Shown here piece by piece: positions 24,301-35,400 of a stretch of 64,000 bases of DNA. Origin of the DNA: Ramazzottius varieornatus. Lineage: Eukaryota; Animalia; Tardigrada. The position numbers were made by a program, and so were the translations under genes. The notes beneath the pieces are model-generated. The model was given only the letters and a program-made list of their open reading frames with translations, searched no databases and was not told the origin of the DNA. The stretch spans positions 1 through 64,000 of the forward strand of contig BDGG01000001.1 of the NCBI GenBank assembly GCA_001949185.1, given 5' to 3'. Positions within the stretch are counted from its first letter, which is position 1, and each line of letters begins with the position of its first letter.

Positions 24301-26448
24301 CAGCTAACTGAGCCTTCTGAAATGCCAGCTGACGGTTCTGCAAATCTAACTTCATGGTACCGTACTCTTGTTCGGTCTTGGCAGAAGCCGACAGAACGTC
24401 AACCAGTCTATCGCTTCGGGTCGGCGGCCTGTATCGTTTGGAGCGATCAGCATCGCCTTCCCCGTGCTCCGCTTTTCGGTTCGGATTGCGTGTGTTGACT
24501 CCCATATGGCCATTGATTTCGTGTTCCTCTTCCCCGTCCGTATCTCCGTCATCACTCGAAAAACCAAGTTTACCTGCAAGCAGACGCCGTGAGAAGGCAA
24601 AAGTACCACTTGCGCAAGTATCCGGTTAACAAACCAGAAAAATGCGCCACTTCACCTGGGTAAGCAACATTAGTCAAGATTGAACCTCACCTCGACGTCG
24701 TTTCATCATGTTCATCGAAGCATCTCGAATGTTCTTCCCCTGCTGGACCTCCGTGACTCCCCTAGCTTTTCGGCTTGACTTCTTCGCAGCAAGGACAGCT
24801 GGCGCTTTTGCAGCTTCTTCGGCGTGATGTCTGGCTTCTTCCTTTCGCAGGAAGGCGAGTTCTTCCAGCAGCTGCTTCAACTCTTTATACTGTTCTGCCG
24901 TACCAGACTTCGGAAGCTTGCTCATCTTCTTGTCTTGATCATCCAACAGCTTCCTCACTTTCAGAAAGTTGCTTTGTGCCTGGGCTTTAATCCCTGCTTC
25001 CTTCAAGGCAGCTCGTATAGACTCCCATGCTTTGTCCTTAGCAGATCCGCTGGCATACTGGAATGGATTTTTGGCGGCCACTTGACGGAGAAGAGCAATC
25101 AGATGACACGGTTTGTAGGCAAATCTACATCTCCGGCTTCGCTGGGAATCATCTCTCTCCTTCTGGCTCCCGCTTTCGCTGTCCGACATTTTCACGGCTG
25201 ATGAGTCCTGAGAAGCGTAAGCAACGGAAGGTATTTCTTGACAAAAGAAGGAAAATGGAAAACAGGACGAGAAATGAAATTTGAAATTTCGAATTTGAAG
25301 CATAGCTGGTCAATACGGCAATCAACTCAGCACAGAATTGAAATTCCGTTGCACAGAATTTGAAATTCTGTGCAGCGATATTAGGCAAAACATAAGCCGT
25401 GGATAGCTGCACAGCATAAAACCTATACATATGCTGTGCAATGCGAAAACATGACTAGCGAAACAGGTCTAATAAAAAACATTGCAAATAGAATAGTTTT
25501 CAGTACTGTAAGATTTTTTTTAATAAATTTTGTGGTTTCTAAATATTTTTAATTTTCACTAAAATAAACGGAACGCTCTCTGCACAGCGCCTTCCGCTAC
25601 CGTAGTCTCCTAATACCACCTTCTCACCACCGTTCGTCTGTGCGTATCACCTGTTGTTCACCACCGTCAATCAATTTGATTCTGAAATTTCTGCCCACCA
25701 TTTTTCTTTCTGCAAGCTGTGCAACGACGGTCACTGATGAACAGAGGATTCACCCTTTTGACTCACTTGTCAGTTCGAAGTATCCTGACCAGAAATGACT
25801 TCTCCGCATGCCTTTGCGCCTACGCGCTGATCAATGGTCGAGATCCAGGGACAGCGTTATTGTCGGTGGTAACGATTTGGAATTGAACGGTGGCATTAGG
25901 AGATTATGGTGGTGAAAGGTGCTGTGCGGAAACTTCCCCAATAATATTAATATAACAGGTAATGTGACGGTATAATATTGATGAGACAGTGGGCATTTTG
26001 ACGAGGGTTATCTTTTTTAGCTAGTTGGCGCCTGTGTGACAGGACACACGAGAACCTGGTAGTCTTCCAGAATATCCACTGGCCCGGCTTGCTCTTCCAC
26101 CACGCTATGGACGGTGGCTCTTTCGGTCGCTTCTACTGTGGACGAGGTCTACGGGAAATCAGCGTGCCCTTCCTGTACGGCGCACCCGGCGACACTGTCC
26201 TCTCCGTCGACATCAGCATCGTGCCCGACTACGACATGAACGTGTCGTATGAAGAGCGTGAGCGGGTCAAGAAGGAGAAGTTCGATGCGGCGGAAAAGGC
26301 TGCTGAGCAAGCCGACTTTGACCAACGCTATGAAGCTGGCGGCTCCGTCTACTCCTCCGAAGGCGAACAGACTGAGAACGCAGAATTGCTGGAGACAGGG
26401 GACGTCCAGCCCATCGACTACTCGGCGCCACCAAGCCAGGACGAATAG
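21356..26448 (+). CDS. RSPH9: Radial spoke head protein 9 with a transposon-expanded last intron and an acidic C-terminal extension
   Basis: Exons ~21356-21555, 21643-21814, 22112-22235, 22307-22462, 26021-26448. Motifs FWGKIHGIQNDYYI, GPFTGEP, IREEERLAYVV and SW...WPGL...FGRFYCGRG...VPFL. Start codon uncertain. Confidence 0.85.
22823..23948 (+). pseudogene. Harbinger (HARBI1/DDE_Tnp_4-like) transposase pseudogene
   Basis: FINGT (catalytic D replaced by N), SGHKRQHGIKFQ, GPMEGCRHDA, YGDPAY and N..M..VRQGFEWGFG. Contains frameshifts and an in-frame TAA at 23871. Confidence 0.85.
24107..25189 (-). pseudogene. Harbinger-associated Myb/SANT-like DNA-binding protein gene (in-frame stop near 24257)
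   Basis: LIALLRQVAAKNPF...KDKAWESIRAAL...SGTAEQYKELKQLLEEL, followed by a coiled-coil tail. Convergent with the transposase. Confidence 0.7.
25582..25927. mobile_element. Fold-back/MITE-like element in the RSPH9 intron
   Basis: GCACAGCGCCTTCCGCTACCGTAGTCTCCTAATACCACC and GGTGGCATTAGGAGATTATGGTGGTGAAAGGTGCTGTGC form an imperfect ~40-bp inverted repeat. Confidence 0.6.
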
Positions 26449-26789
26449 GCTGAGGAAGATACCGAGGCTTCGGACAACGAAACCACGGCAAATACTTCCG
26501 CCTATACTACTGGAGGAGGCGATACCACCGAACCCGACACCTCCGACACAGAATCAACTCGCTAAAATTCATTTCATTAATATGATCATTGCACTGCTGT
26601 TAAACTCAGTGTAGAAAATCGGCAAAATAGCCAGTCTAAAATGCCCGTCGCTTATATCGCAGGAAAAAATGGCGAATACGATTAGTTCGATCGCTTGAAG
26701 TTCTCCCTTCGTGAATTCGACAATTTTCTCCTTCCTTAATTAACGATGCTGTTTTCAGTCTTGACCATTCAAGTAAGTAACGTGAGACG

Positions 26790-28939
26790 TTAGTTTTCCT
26801 CTGCAGATTGTCGAGGTACAAGGTCGTCTTGTGGTTGTTGGTCAAAGATGGGACATTGAGAGCTGTCATCCATCTTCTCTTCCTTGTTGAGATCATCCGA
26901 TTTCATGAAACTTTTACTCGCTGTCGATGGTCGAGTGTCTTCAACAGGTAAGGGAGCCATGCTTGGTTGCCGCCAGCTCCATCCGCGGACTCCATGAGGG
27001 CTCATGAGGAAGTCGCGCTCCATGGGGGCTGTCGGTACGGGCGAAATGGCCAGCCGTTTCAGCATGGCACTGGTGTTTTGCCTGTATTTGAGCAGATGCT
27101 GGTAGTCAAAGGCCAGCATCTTGTCCTTAGCGTCCAGCTCCGCGCGGAACTTGTTTAGTAGCTTCACTTCGTTGACGCGCCTCAGCACATCCGCCCGCAA
27201 ACGCCGGTTCTCGTCCATCTTGATCTTCAACCGATAAACAAAGTAGGGCAGAGTTTCCTGCAAAACTAACCCTGGAACATTGCCCGTAGTCGCCTCGTCC
27301 CTTACCGAAAATATCATACACGAAACGATAATTATGTGAGGTCAGCAAACGAAACGTGGAAAATCTTTTTCCACAGTGGTGCACTTTTCCGTTGCTAAAA
27401 CTGGATGCGTGCGCCACTTGAGATGCTAATTTTCGAAGAGTCGTCTGCCGGCCTCTCAGACGACGGACTAAGACGTGATACCTTAGCCAGATGCTCGGAT
27501 AAAATTTCCAAGCGATGTTCGCGACCTTCCAGATCAATTAGCCGATGTTCTAAAAACAAAAGCAAAATCATTTTCATTTCACAAAAATAATTGGCGGAGT
27601 GTTTCGCTTACTGGCATGTCGGAGTCGAATGCGTTGAGCTCCCTCCGCTTGTTCTTCCCGGGCCGTGTCCAGCTGTTTCTTCAAAGTGCCTATGGTATTT
27701 TTCTGTCCTTCTTTGACATCCTACACTGCATAAGTCCGCAGGGGTTGTATGATTTTACCATACAGAAGAAAAGCAGTGCGAGGGCGTGTCAAGCTACTCA
27801 CTCGCAGATATTCCAAGTCGGCCAATTTCTTCCCGAGGTCCTGACGAAAGTCACGGACTCGACTAAGCTCGCTGGACAACTCTGAACGAGAAAACAAAGA
27901 ACAAGTTACATCGACACCCGGGTCCATTTGATTTGCACTACAATACATGAATTTCAAGTGTTTGGCAAACCAACTGGAGAAGATCGTTCTCCAGAGTATG
28001 CATAATAGGCTCGGCGAAGCTATAATAAACCTCTTTAACCGCTCTCAGCCGCGGCTAAAAGATTTCTCAGCCATGGCTTAAAAGTGTTGTGCGTTACTCC
28101 GTTCGGTTGATTTATCGATGTTAAGTCGGCGAAAAAGTTTGTTCTAAAGTCCAGAATGGCGCATAATCTCAGCCAATACCAGTGAGACCGTGCGCCACTT
28201 GGGAAGAAGAGTCAAACTGGAGAAGAACGATTCTCCTAAGTACCGGTAACTGAGGGTGGGCGCCATTCGGAAAACGATATTATCGAGTTGGTTAGGTCAG
28301 CTTCCATTTACTCTGAAGAAGTCGGTGATGTCGCGCATCGAGTTGGCGTTGGGTAGCCGCCAAATGCTGAGCATAGGCTGTGGCCTCATTGGCGAAGCGG
28401 ACTTTTATGGCTCTGTATTCATCGTCACGGTACTCTCGATACGGTCGGATGTCCACCTACAAGAAGCTAGAAATGGTTATTCGTGTTTCCCTATCAACTG
28501 TAAAATGCTTCACTTACTGTTTCTCACCTCAATCTCCTGCTGTAGTTCCTTGATGTATTGCTGGCACAGTTTATGAGCTTCCTGTCTGTAAGGAAAGGAG
28601 GTTGGAAGACACAACCGTCATCATCGTGCTCGAGAGAAACGTTAGCACATACTTGTCTCTTGTTTCGTGGATAACTTGCTCGATCGTCCCCTGAAGACTT
28701 TCTAACCTTCATAAAGGGAAGGGTTACTCCTCCTTACAGTGAAGCACTTGGATGACCAGTGACTTGGGTGACCTTGTAATTAAAGCTTCGAATTGGTACC
28801 TTTTGCTCTTGCCATCTTTTCGGGCTTGGATAGCGATAAGGATGGGATCTGGCGGCAAATCTGCAGGTGGCGCAACGGGTGTGACTTTCTTCTTCTTCCC
28901 TTTGCTTTTACTGGTCGACTTCCCTTTTTTAGCTGACAT
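26790..28939 (-). CDS. Multi-exon coiled-coil protein, possibly DUF4515 (CCDC166/CCDC83/BBOF1-like)
   Basis: Basic N-terminus MSAKKGKS..KGKKKK, long heptad exons and ENRRLRADVL. Family assignment tentative, and one exon phase is unresolved near 27720. Confidence 0.5.
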
Positions 28940-29077
28940 ACCGGCAAGGGCGCAAACGTTAAAACACCTTTTACATTAATACGTAGCCTAATTCGCCACC
29001 CTAATTCCTCCCAGTCAAATCGCTTATCCCTGACGCATTCCTTCCGATGGGTCGAGCGCTAGCGGCAATTCAGTACC

Positions 29078-29090
29078 GTTGTTGGGCAAC
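29078..29090. promoter_or_regulatory. RFX X-box-like motif GTTGTTGGGCAAC in a divergent promoter
   Basis: Strong GGCAAC half-site centred between two head-to-head coiled-coil genes. Confidence 0.55.
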
Positions 29091-29225
29091 CTTCCAGCCT
29101 ATATGTGATGGAGGTGGAGATGGAGTTTTTGCACGTCAGAGGAAAGTAACTACATTAACCGAGAGTTGGCGTATTTGAAGATCACTGTATAATACCCTTC
29201 ATAAATTCATACAGCAACCTATTAC

Positions 29226-31446
29226 ATGATGATCAAGACTGCGACGTATAGTTATCCACAGACTCCAAACAGACTATCTTATCACGTAAGGAATATGAGT
29301 GGTCCAACGGAACACAGCCAGCTTTCGATACTGCTGCAAATAAGTTCATAGAAGAATTTAAGGATGCTGTTCCGTATATTGTTCAATATTGCGATGGAAG
29401 AAAAAATTAGCGCAAAGTGAGGGCGATGGTCTAAGATCGGCACTTGTTGCAGTTTCCCTTCCAAGAGATCAAGCTAGATATTGTGCAGATTCTGAAAGAG
29501 GTAAGCTATGGCCCAATGTGCATCTAGACTTCGATTGGCCTGCGAAACTGGCGCACTGCATGTTATGCCACAATGCTGCTAAATTCCATATGTGTATTCT
29601 TCCCAAGACAGCTCCAGGGGGAAAGAAGGCAGATCGACGCTGTCGGCAATGAGTTGCAGCAATTAATATGCAAACACCAAAGATGTCGACAACGGCTGAT
29701 TGAAGCACAGTCTAAAGCGCAACTCCTCCAACAGTCGGCTACGGCACGACAATGCCACCAGCAGTCCCACACTGTAAGTGATCAACAACCACCCCCTCCA
29801 CCCTCCAGATACTTAAGCATCACTTTTTGTCTGTGCATCTTTGTTAGGATGAAAGTAAGCCAACTCATGACGCGTTGGCCGCCAGAATCGCCCAACAACG
29901 ACAAGCCATCTTTTCAAAGAGGAACGAAGTCAATTACATCAAGTCCATTGAAATAACTGCCGCCAACAAACGTCGACAGGATATTCGGGCAAAACTGTCC
30001 GGTGTCAGTCAGGAAGTCCTCCAACTTCGCCAACACACTGCAGACAACCACAGCAAAAGCTTGTTGGCAAAGGAAAAAACGGTAAACCGGCGAACGCGTC
30101 CGGCAAACAAACTGGACAAGACTGTTTCCTCAAGTGGCGCACATTCACGGTGTGGCTGGCTGCAGGCGTGCGTCACTAGGGAGGACACGATTCTGTCGAG
30201 CTGGTTTGCTTTGGCCAAGTGACGCACATATATTAAGTCTTGTCGGCTGGGAGGGTGCGATCTATTTTATCGAGTTCCTTTGGCCAGAACCGGAACGTTG
30301 GGGCTAGTGTTGTACCAGTCCATCTTTGACAGATGGCGAGTTTGAGACGGAAGCTGCACAAAGCCAAGAAGGAGCTTGACCAGCGCCGTTTCGACCTTCA
30401 GTCGAAAAAGCGTGACTTGCAGAGCGAGGTGGAGGTCCACCGCCAACGGCACGAGGCTCTGAAGAGAAAGTTGGACAACGCCCTGACGTATCAAGAACAC
30501 ATGGACGAACCTCGGTTGAAGAAACAAGATGAGTGCCAGAAAGCCTACACTGCTGTACAGCTGCAGCAATCGGACAAACGCCAGAAACATTCCTCCACCC
30601 TTCAGGACATTGTAAGTCCAAACTTGTAATGTCAGTCATCATAATCTATTTTGGCTATAGTATAACTACAATATTATAATTTAGTTTAATACGTTTAATT
30701 ATAGATTGTTTTGATATTTTCATTCCTTTATTAATATTTTTTGTTGAGTGCAGGATTTGGCTTTGTCGTCTGCGCTAGCTCGGAGAACTCAAGCTCAACT
30801 ACTGGTGTCGAAATTATCAGAGAAGGAGGCCAACTTGGCCAAGAAGCTCAACAGCCTTTGCAGTAAACAAGGGAAGATTGAGCGAATGAGGGAGCATATT
30901 GCCCAGCTGGAGAGGGAAGCCGAGAACTTTCGTCTTCAAAGTCAGCGCAAAGTCCAGTCGACACAAGCCCAACTGGAAGAAGTGCGGCGCGCAAGTGAAA
31001 CGGGCCAACTGGCGCAAGCCTTGGCCGAACAAGAAAAGAGCTACACGGAACTGAGAGGTCTCAAATATACCTTTGCTTTTTATACTGTTGTAGCATTAAA
31101 AGTAAAGTCCAACTTTTGCACAGATCAAGAAACGACTATCGTTTATTTGGAACAAGTACTGAAAAAGCTGGATAATAAGATGCAGGAAGTTGACGAGATG
31201 TGCCATGAGTTGAAGAGTCAGCTGCAGCAAGCCGGTGAGAAACTGCAAGCTGAGCAACAGCTGGCTCAGGCCAACGAAAGAAAGAGCGAAAAGATTCTAA
31301 CTTGGAAGAGGAAGTTTGACAAGGATGACATCAAGCCGACGCTTTACCTCAAAGAGCTGAAAAATCGTCTGGCCACGATGAAGGAGGAAGTGCGCAAGGA
31401 AGAAAGAGGAAGCCAGCTGGTCGATGGAGGCCCGTCCGGCTCCTGA
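29226..31446 (+). CDS. Uncharacterised multi-exon coiled-coil protein
   Basis: In-phase exons at ~29608-29773, 29849-30081, 30333-30611, 30754-31058 and 31124-31446, all heptad-rich. The 5' exons are uncertain. Confidence 0.6.
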
Positions 31447-31522
31447 AGGCTGACACTGCGCTGACCTGGGCTTTCCGTCGTCATCGGGGCCCGCCTGCAC
31501 TCGCCGCTGAATGGCTGACTGG

Positions 31523-32032
31523 TTACTTGAGCAAGTCCCACACGGTGTCCATCAATGGTCCGCCATTGGCGGTGGGCAGTGGCAGGGTGACCACAGCAGG
31601 CGGCGGTCGCAGTGACACAGGTGCCCCCTTAACATTGTTGGCCGCTAGCGCTGTGCTGTACGCAGCCGCAATCGCACCGTTGACGGCTTGGTTAATATCA
31701 AATTGAGCTAGTGAATGGCCCAACTTTTCTGCAAAAAAAAAGCATTTGTCAGCTTTTCCCTGCAGCTAACCTTCCGTCGCTTTGAACCTCCACTCTATGA
31801 AGAGTTCAGACATTGGATCCCAACAGTTGCTCTTCTTGTGTTAGCATTTGAGCAACTGCTGAAGCAAGTAGCAAGAAGGTCAACCTTTTATCTGCTGATT
31901 TTCCGTCAGCAAGCGTTGTCGGTCCGCTTCCAGCATGCGTGTGTCCTTAATTAGTTTGTACAGGAGGCGGCTAGCAATGCTCAGCTTGTATCTCAGACGC
32001 CCTTCTTTCCCTCCAACGTTATCTTCAGCCAT
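31523..32032 (-). CDS. Small uncharacterised protein (coiled-coil exon + Ala/Pro-rich exon)
   Basis: MAEDNVGGKEGRLRYKLSIASRLLYKLIKDTRMLEADRQRLLTENQQIK spliced to EKLGHSLAQFDINQ...WDLLK. Confidence 0.4.
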
Positions 32033-32290
32033 CTTATCCTCTATCCTCGATACGAAAACTCGTAGAAAATCAATGACATACTGTTCCTCATCTTCTCTCT
32101 GTTGATCGATTCATATTGAAAAAATAAAAATCACTTGGAGACGTTAGTGCGTTTTCAGGCCGATACTAAAGTGCGCTCGCTTCATTTTTCATCTGACACA
32201 GCAGAAATAACTAAATACCTTTTTTTACCACGGAGAGATTCTTTGAGGCAAATTTCGCCTGCAATTCTTCAAGTTTGACAGCTGAATAGC

Positions 32291-34966
32291 ATGAGTTGTG
32301 ATAACGATGCAGAAGCCGACCCTACTTCTACCATCGCAATTTCCGAGGAAGAGAAGCCATCGCCGCCTTCAGCTCCTCCACTTCGTCCCCTCGACCCATT
32401 GGTCAACTTCCCTACCTTCAAATTTACCCCGAAGGAAGCTCAGCCTGTCCTGACGGACCATAACCAGCGGACCATAACCAGCGGTCAACCCGTGGAGAAA
32501 GCCAAAGCCTTCCAGCCAGCTATAGAGTTCCTGGCTTCCGCCAAAGACGTGGTTGTTCCCCGCACGCGACTGCCCCAGGCCACCAAGCACATTCCCATCG
32601 AGCATCACAAGAAGCACCACTACGGCTGCGAAATCTGCGGTCGCCCACCAAGTATCATGTGCAGTGCTTGTAAAGAAACGTACTACTGGTAAGCCGGACG
32701 GTCTATTCAGTCGGGCAGGTCGACAAACGAAACGTAAAAGATGGGTGATTCAAGTGACGCACGTTTTCGGTGTGGCTGGCTGGAAGTGTGCGCCACTTTG
32801 AAACATGATCTTGTCCAGCTTACTTGCTTTCCCTAGTGGCGCACGTTTGAACTGTTATTGGCTGGAAGCGTGCGTCACTTGGAGCAACCATCTTGTGCGG
32901 CGTTTCGTCTGTCGGCTGCTCCTCTGCAGCTGGGCGGTTGCTGTGGGGTATTGACGAAGTCCTTTCAGGTGTTTAGCGGTGAAGAGCATTGTCTGTTGGA
33001 CTTTCACGCCATCCACAAGTTCATCTGTGTCAAGCTGAAGATCGTCCGTAATGTGGCCAGCAAGAGTGAACAGTGGAAGCGCCATTCCAAGCAGGACATT
33101 GCGGAGAATATCAAGATGAGAAAGGTCAGTCTTACCACCCCCTTTTGCAATGTGAAGAACTGAACATGCATCCACCATCCTTGGTTGTAGATTATTCTGT
33201 TGAATATTGCCAACAACATGGCGGGACGACATCTGATTCGTGGCAACTACTCTTTCACCATCTGTTGCTCGCTGCTGGCCCAGAAGATGGTTCAGGAATT
33301 GTACGGAGGGAACAGCCCACAGATAGTCCGTCCGTACCTGTCCATGGCCGAAGCCTACCTTTTGAGACAAAAGCTAGAACGAAGTCGATACTACAGCGCC
33401 TTGATTCACTTCCTCACAAGCCACAAGCTAGGCCAGCAGCTGCCGACAGAACAAGAGCAGCAATTACGAAGGCTGGAAGCCAACCAGCTGGCTCGCCAAG
33501 GCAAGTGGCAACAGGCTAAGCTTGTCCTGGCCACACAGGTACCACCTTAACTGCTCCAACTGCAACAACCACATTTCTTTACACCAACTTCAGGACGAGT
33601 GTCTTTCTCAGATTGTGGAAATAGCGTTCGAGACCGGTTTGGACAACCACTGCCTTCTGGATAGCCTTTTCCATCTGGCCAACGTCTGCTTTCTGGATAA
33701 GGACATCGTGGCAGCCACTGCCTTCTACGCTTACGTTCGTTCCTTCGCCCATCGAAATATTTCGCAACTGGAGCTCGGCAAGCGAACTCTGCCAGATTGT
33801 TTTCCCAACTGGCGCACACTTACAACCAGAAACACCGAGAACATGCGCTACGTAGGGAAAGCAACCACGTTAGGTTTTCAAAGTGGCGCACACTTCATGG
33901 AAGTGACAGTGGAGAGACGCGCCACTTGGGAAAACGGTCTTGCCGGGTTTCTTTACCGAGCTTCTAACTGATTCACCCGCTTATTGTACGTAGTTCCTCC
34001 AAATCCTCTCCGATGCTCTGGTGAAGGACGTTACGCAGGGCGCGGCAAGTCTCCATCGGGTGATTGAGGAAGACCTCAACGAGGAAGTCATCGAAGAGAA
34101 CAAGCTGGGAATCACTTTGAAAGACGACCTCCAGTGGGCGCATCTCATGTCCCAAACCGACTACGCCGGTATAATATACCACTTCGGCCGCTTCCTTCTG
34201 GATGCTATAGTAGACACTTTGTTTTTTGTAATACTCTTTTTTCCTTGACAGTGTATTTGAAGCGAGAAAGGATATTGATGTACCTTCGGACAATCATGCT
34301 GCAGTTCGAGACTGCCAATCGCACCGACTTTCCCGATATCTTCCCCGCATTACACTACTGCGTGGCCATGGCTCTCTTCATCTGTCGCCAGTGGAAAGAG
34401 GTAGACCATCGCCAAGGTTAACATTCCATTTTATGACATATTCAGCTTTTTCAAATTTCTCGCGCGTACTTTTCCTGTTTGTGGGTTTTGTTCCAGAAAC
34501 GAATAGCCAATTTTTTTACGGCATGTATTCTGATTTTGAAATGTTACAGGCGAGCAACATGTACGGCGAAGCAGTATCACTGACCACGCCAGCTCGCCAG
34601 GCCGACTTTAGTGACATTCACAAGGTGATGGACACATTGCAAGCGCATGCAAAGGTTGGGTTGAATGCGCTGGAAGTTGTGGAAGCCCCGCTGGAAGTCA
34701 GGCACAAGAAAGGCAAGAAGAAGCGAGAACCGATAGCTCTCAAGCCGGCAGAAGTCAAGCCCTGCATCAACCCAGTCAAGCCTTTATGGCGACCTCAACT
34801 GGTGGACTTTGAGGCCGAAGAGAAGCTGGACCAAGATGACGAGTTGGGCCTGACCATGAAACGTCTCGTCGACAACGTAAATCAGTACAAGAAGGAACAA
34901 CAGCAAAAAGAAGCTGCAGCTAATGCTGATAATATCAACATTCTGAGCAAACTTGGCATAATCTAA
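32291..34966 (+). CDS. ZMYND12: Zinc finger MYND domain-containing protein 12-like
   Basis: MYND finger CEICG...CSACKETYYC GEEHCLLDFHAIHKFIC, followed by the TPR-like ELYGGNSPQIVRPYLSMAEAYL. Seven exons in phase. Confidence 0.75.
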
Positions 34967-35400
34967 GTCTGAAAGAACGGCTTCTACGCAGCTCAACACT
35001 GTCAAAGCCGGCAAACAAAACATATAGAACTCTGATCTCAAGTGGCGCACTTTTCTATTCTTATCGGCCGAAAAAGTGCGCCACTTGGAAAAATGAACTT
35101 GTCCGTGGCGTTTGCCGGCCACCCATTGTTTTCGAGCCTTCTCCTCACAACGTCGTTGCCAGTTCAAGTTGAGTAACCGTATCTCCAACAGATGGCTCTG
35201 TAGTCGTCAGTCCGATCGACCCAGATCAACAGTACGAGACAGAAGGATATTCGAATTTGACAACTGGCTTCTCCAATCACAGTCGCACGGTGCCACGCTT
35301 CATCCATACTCGATTCTTTCTTCAGTCTTGTGTTGAAAGCGCAACACCGAAAGTTCTTCCGTTTGCAGTGGCCACCAGGTTTGCTAACGGATAGTTTGAG

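Larger units (their letters stand above)
22512..25475. mobile_element. Decayed PIF/Harbinger DNA transposon inside RSPH9 intron 4
   Basis: Convergent transposase and Myb/SANT genes. Left end TTA|GGCC. Inverted subterminal blocks AGTCATGTTTTCG / CGAAAACATGACT and AGACCT / AGGTCT. The right end is degenerate. Confidence 0.8.

Noticed and set aside
27612-27805. Possible frameshift in the DUF4515-like gene
   Set aside because: Alternative donor/acceptor choices can restore the frame, so a lesion cannot be claimed.
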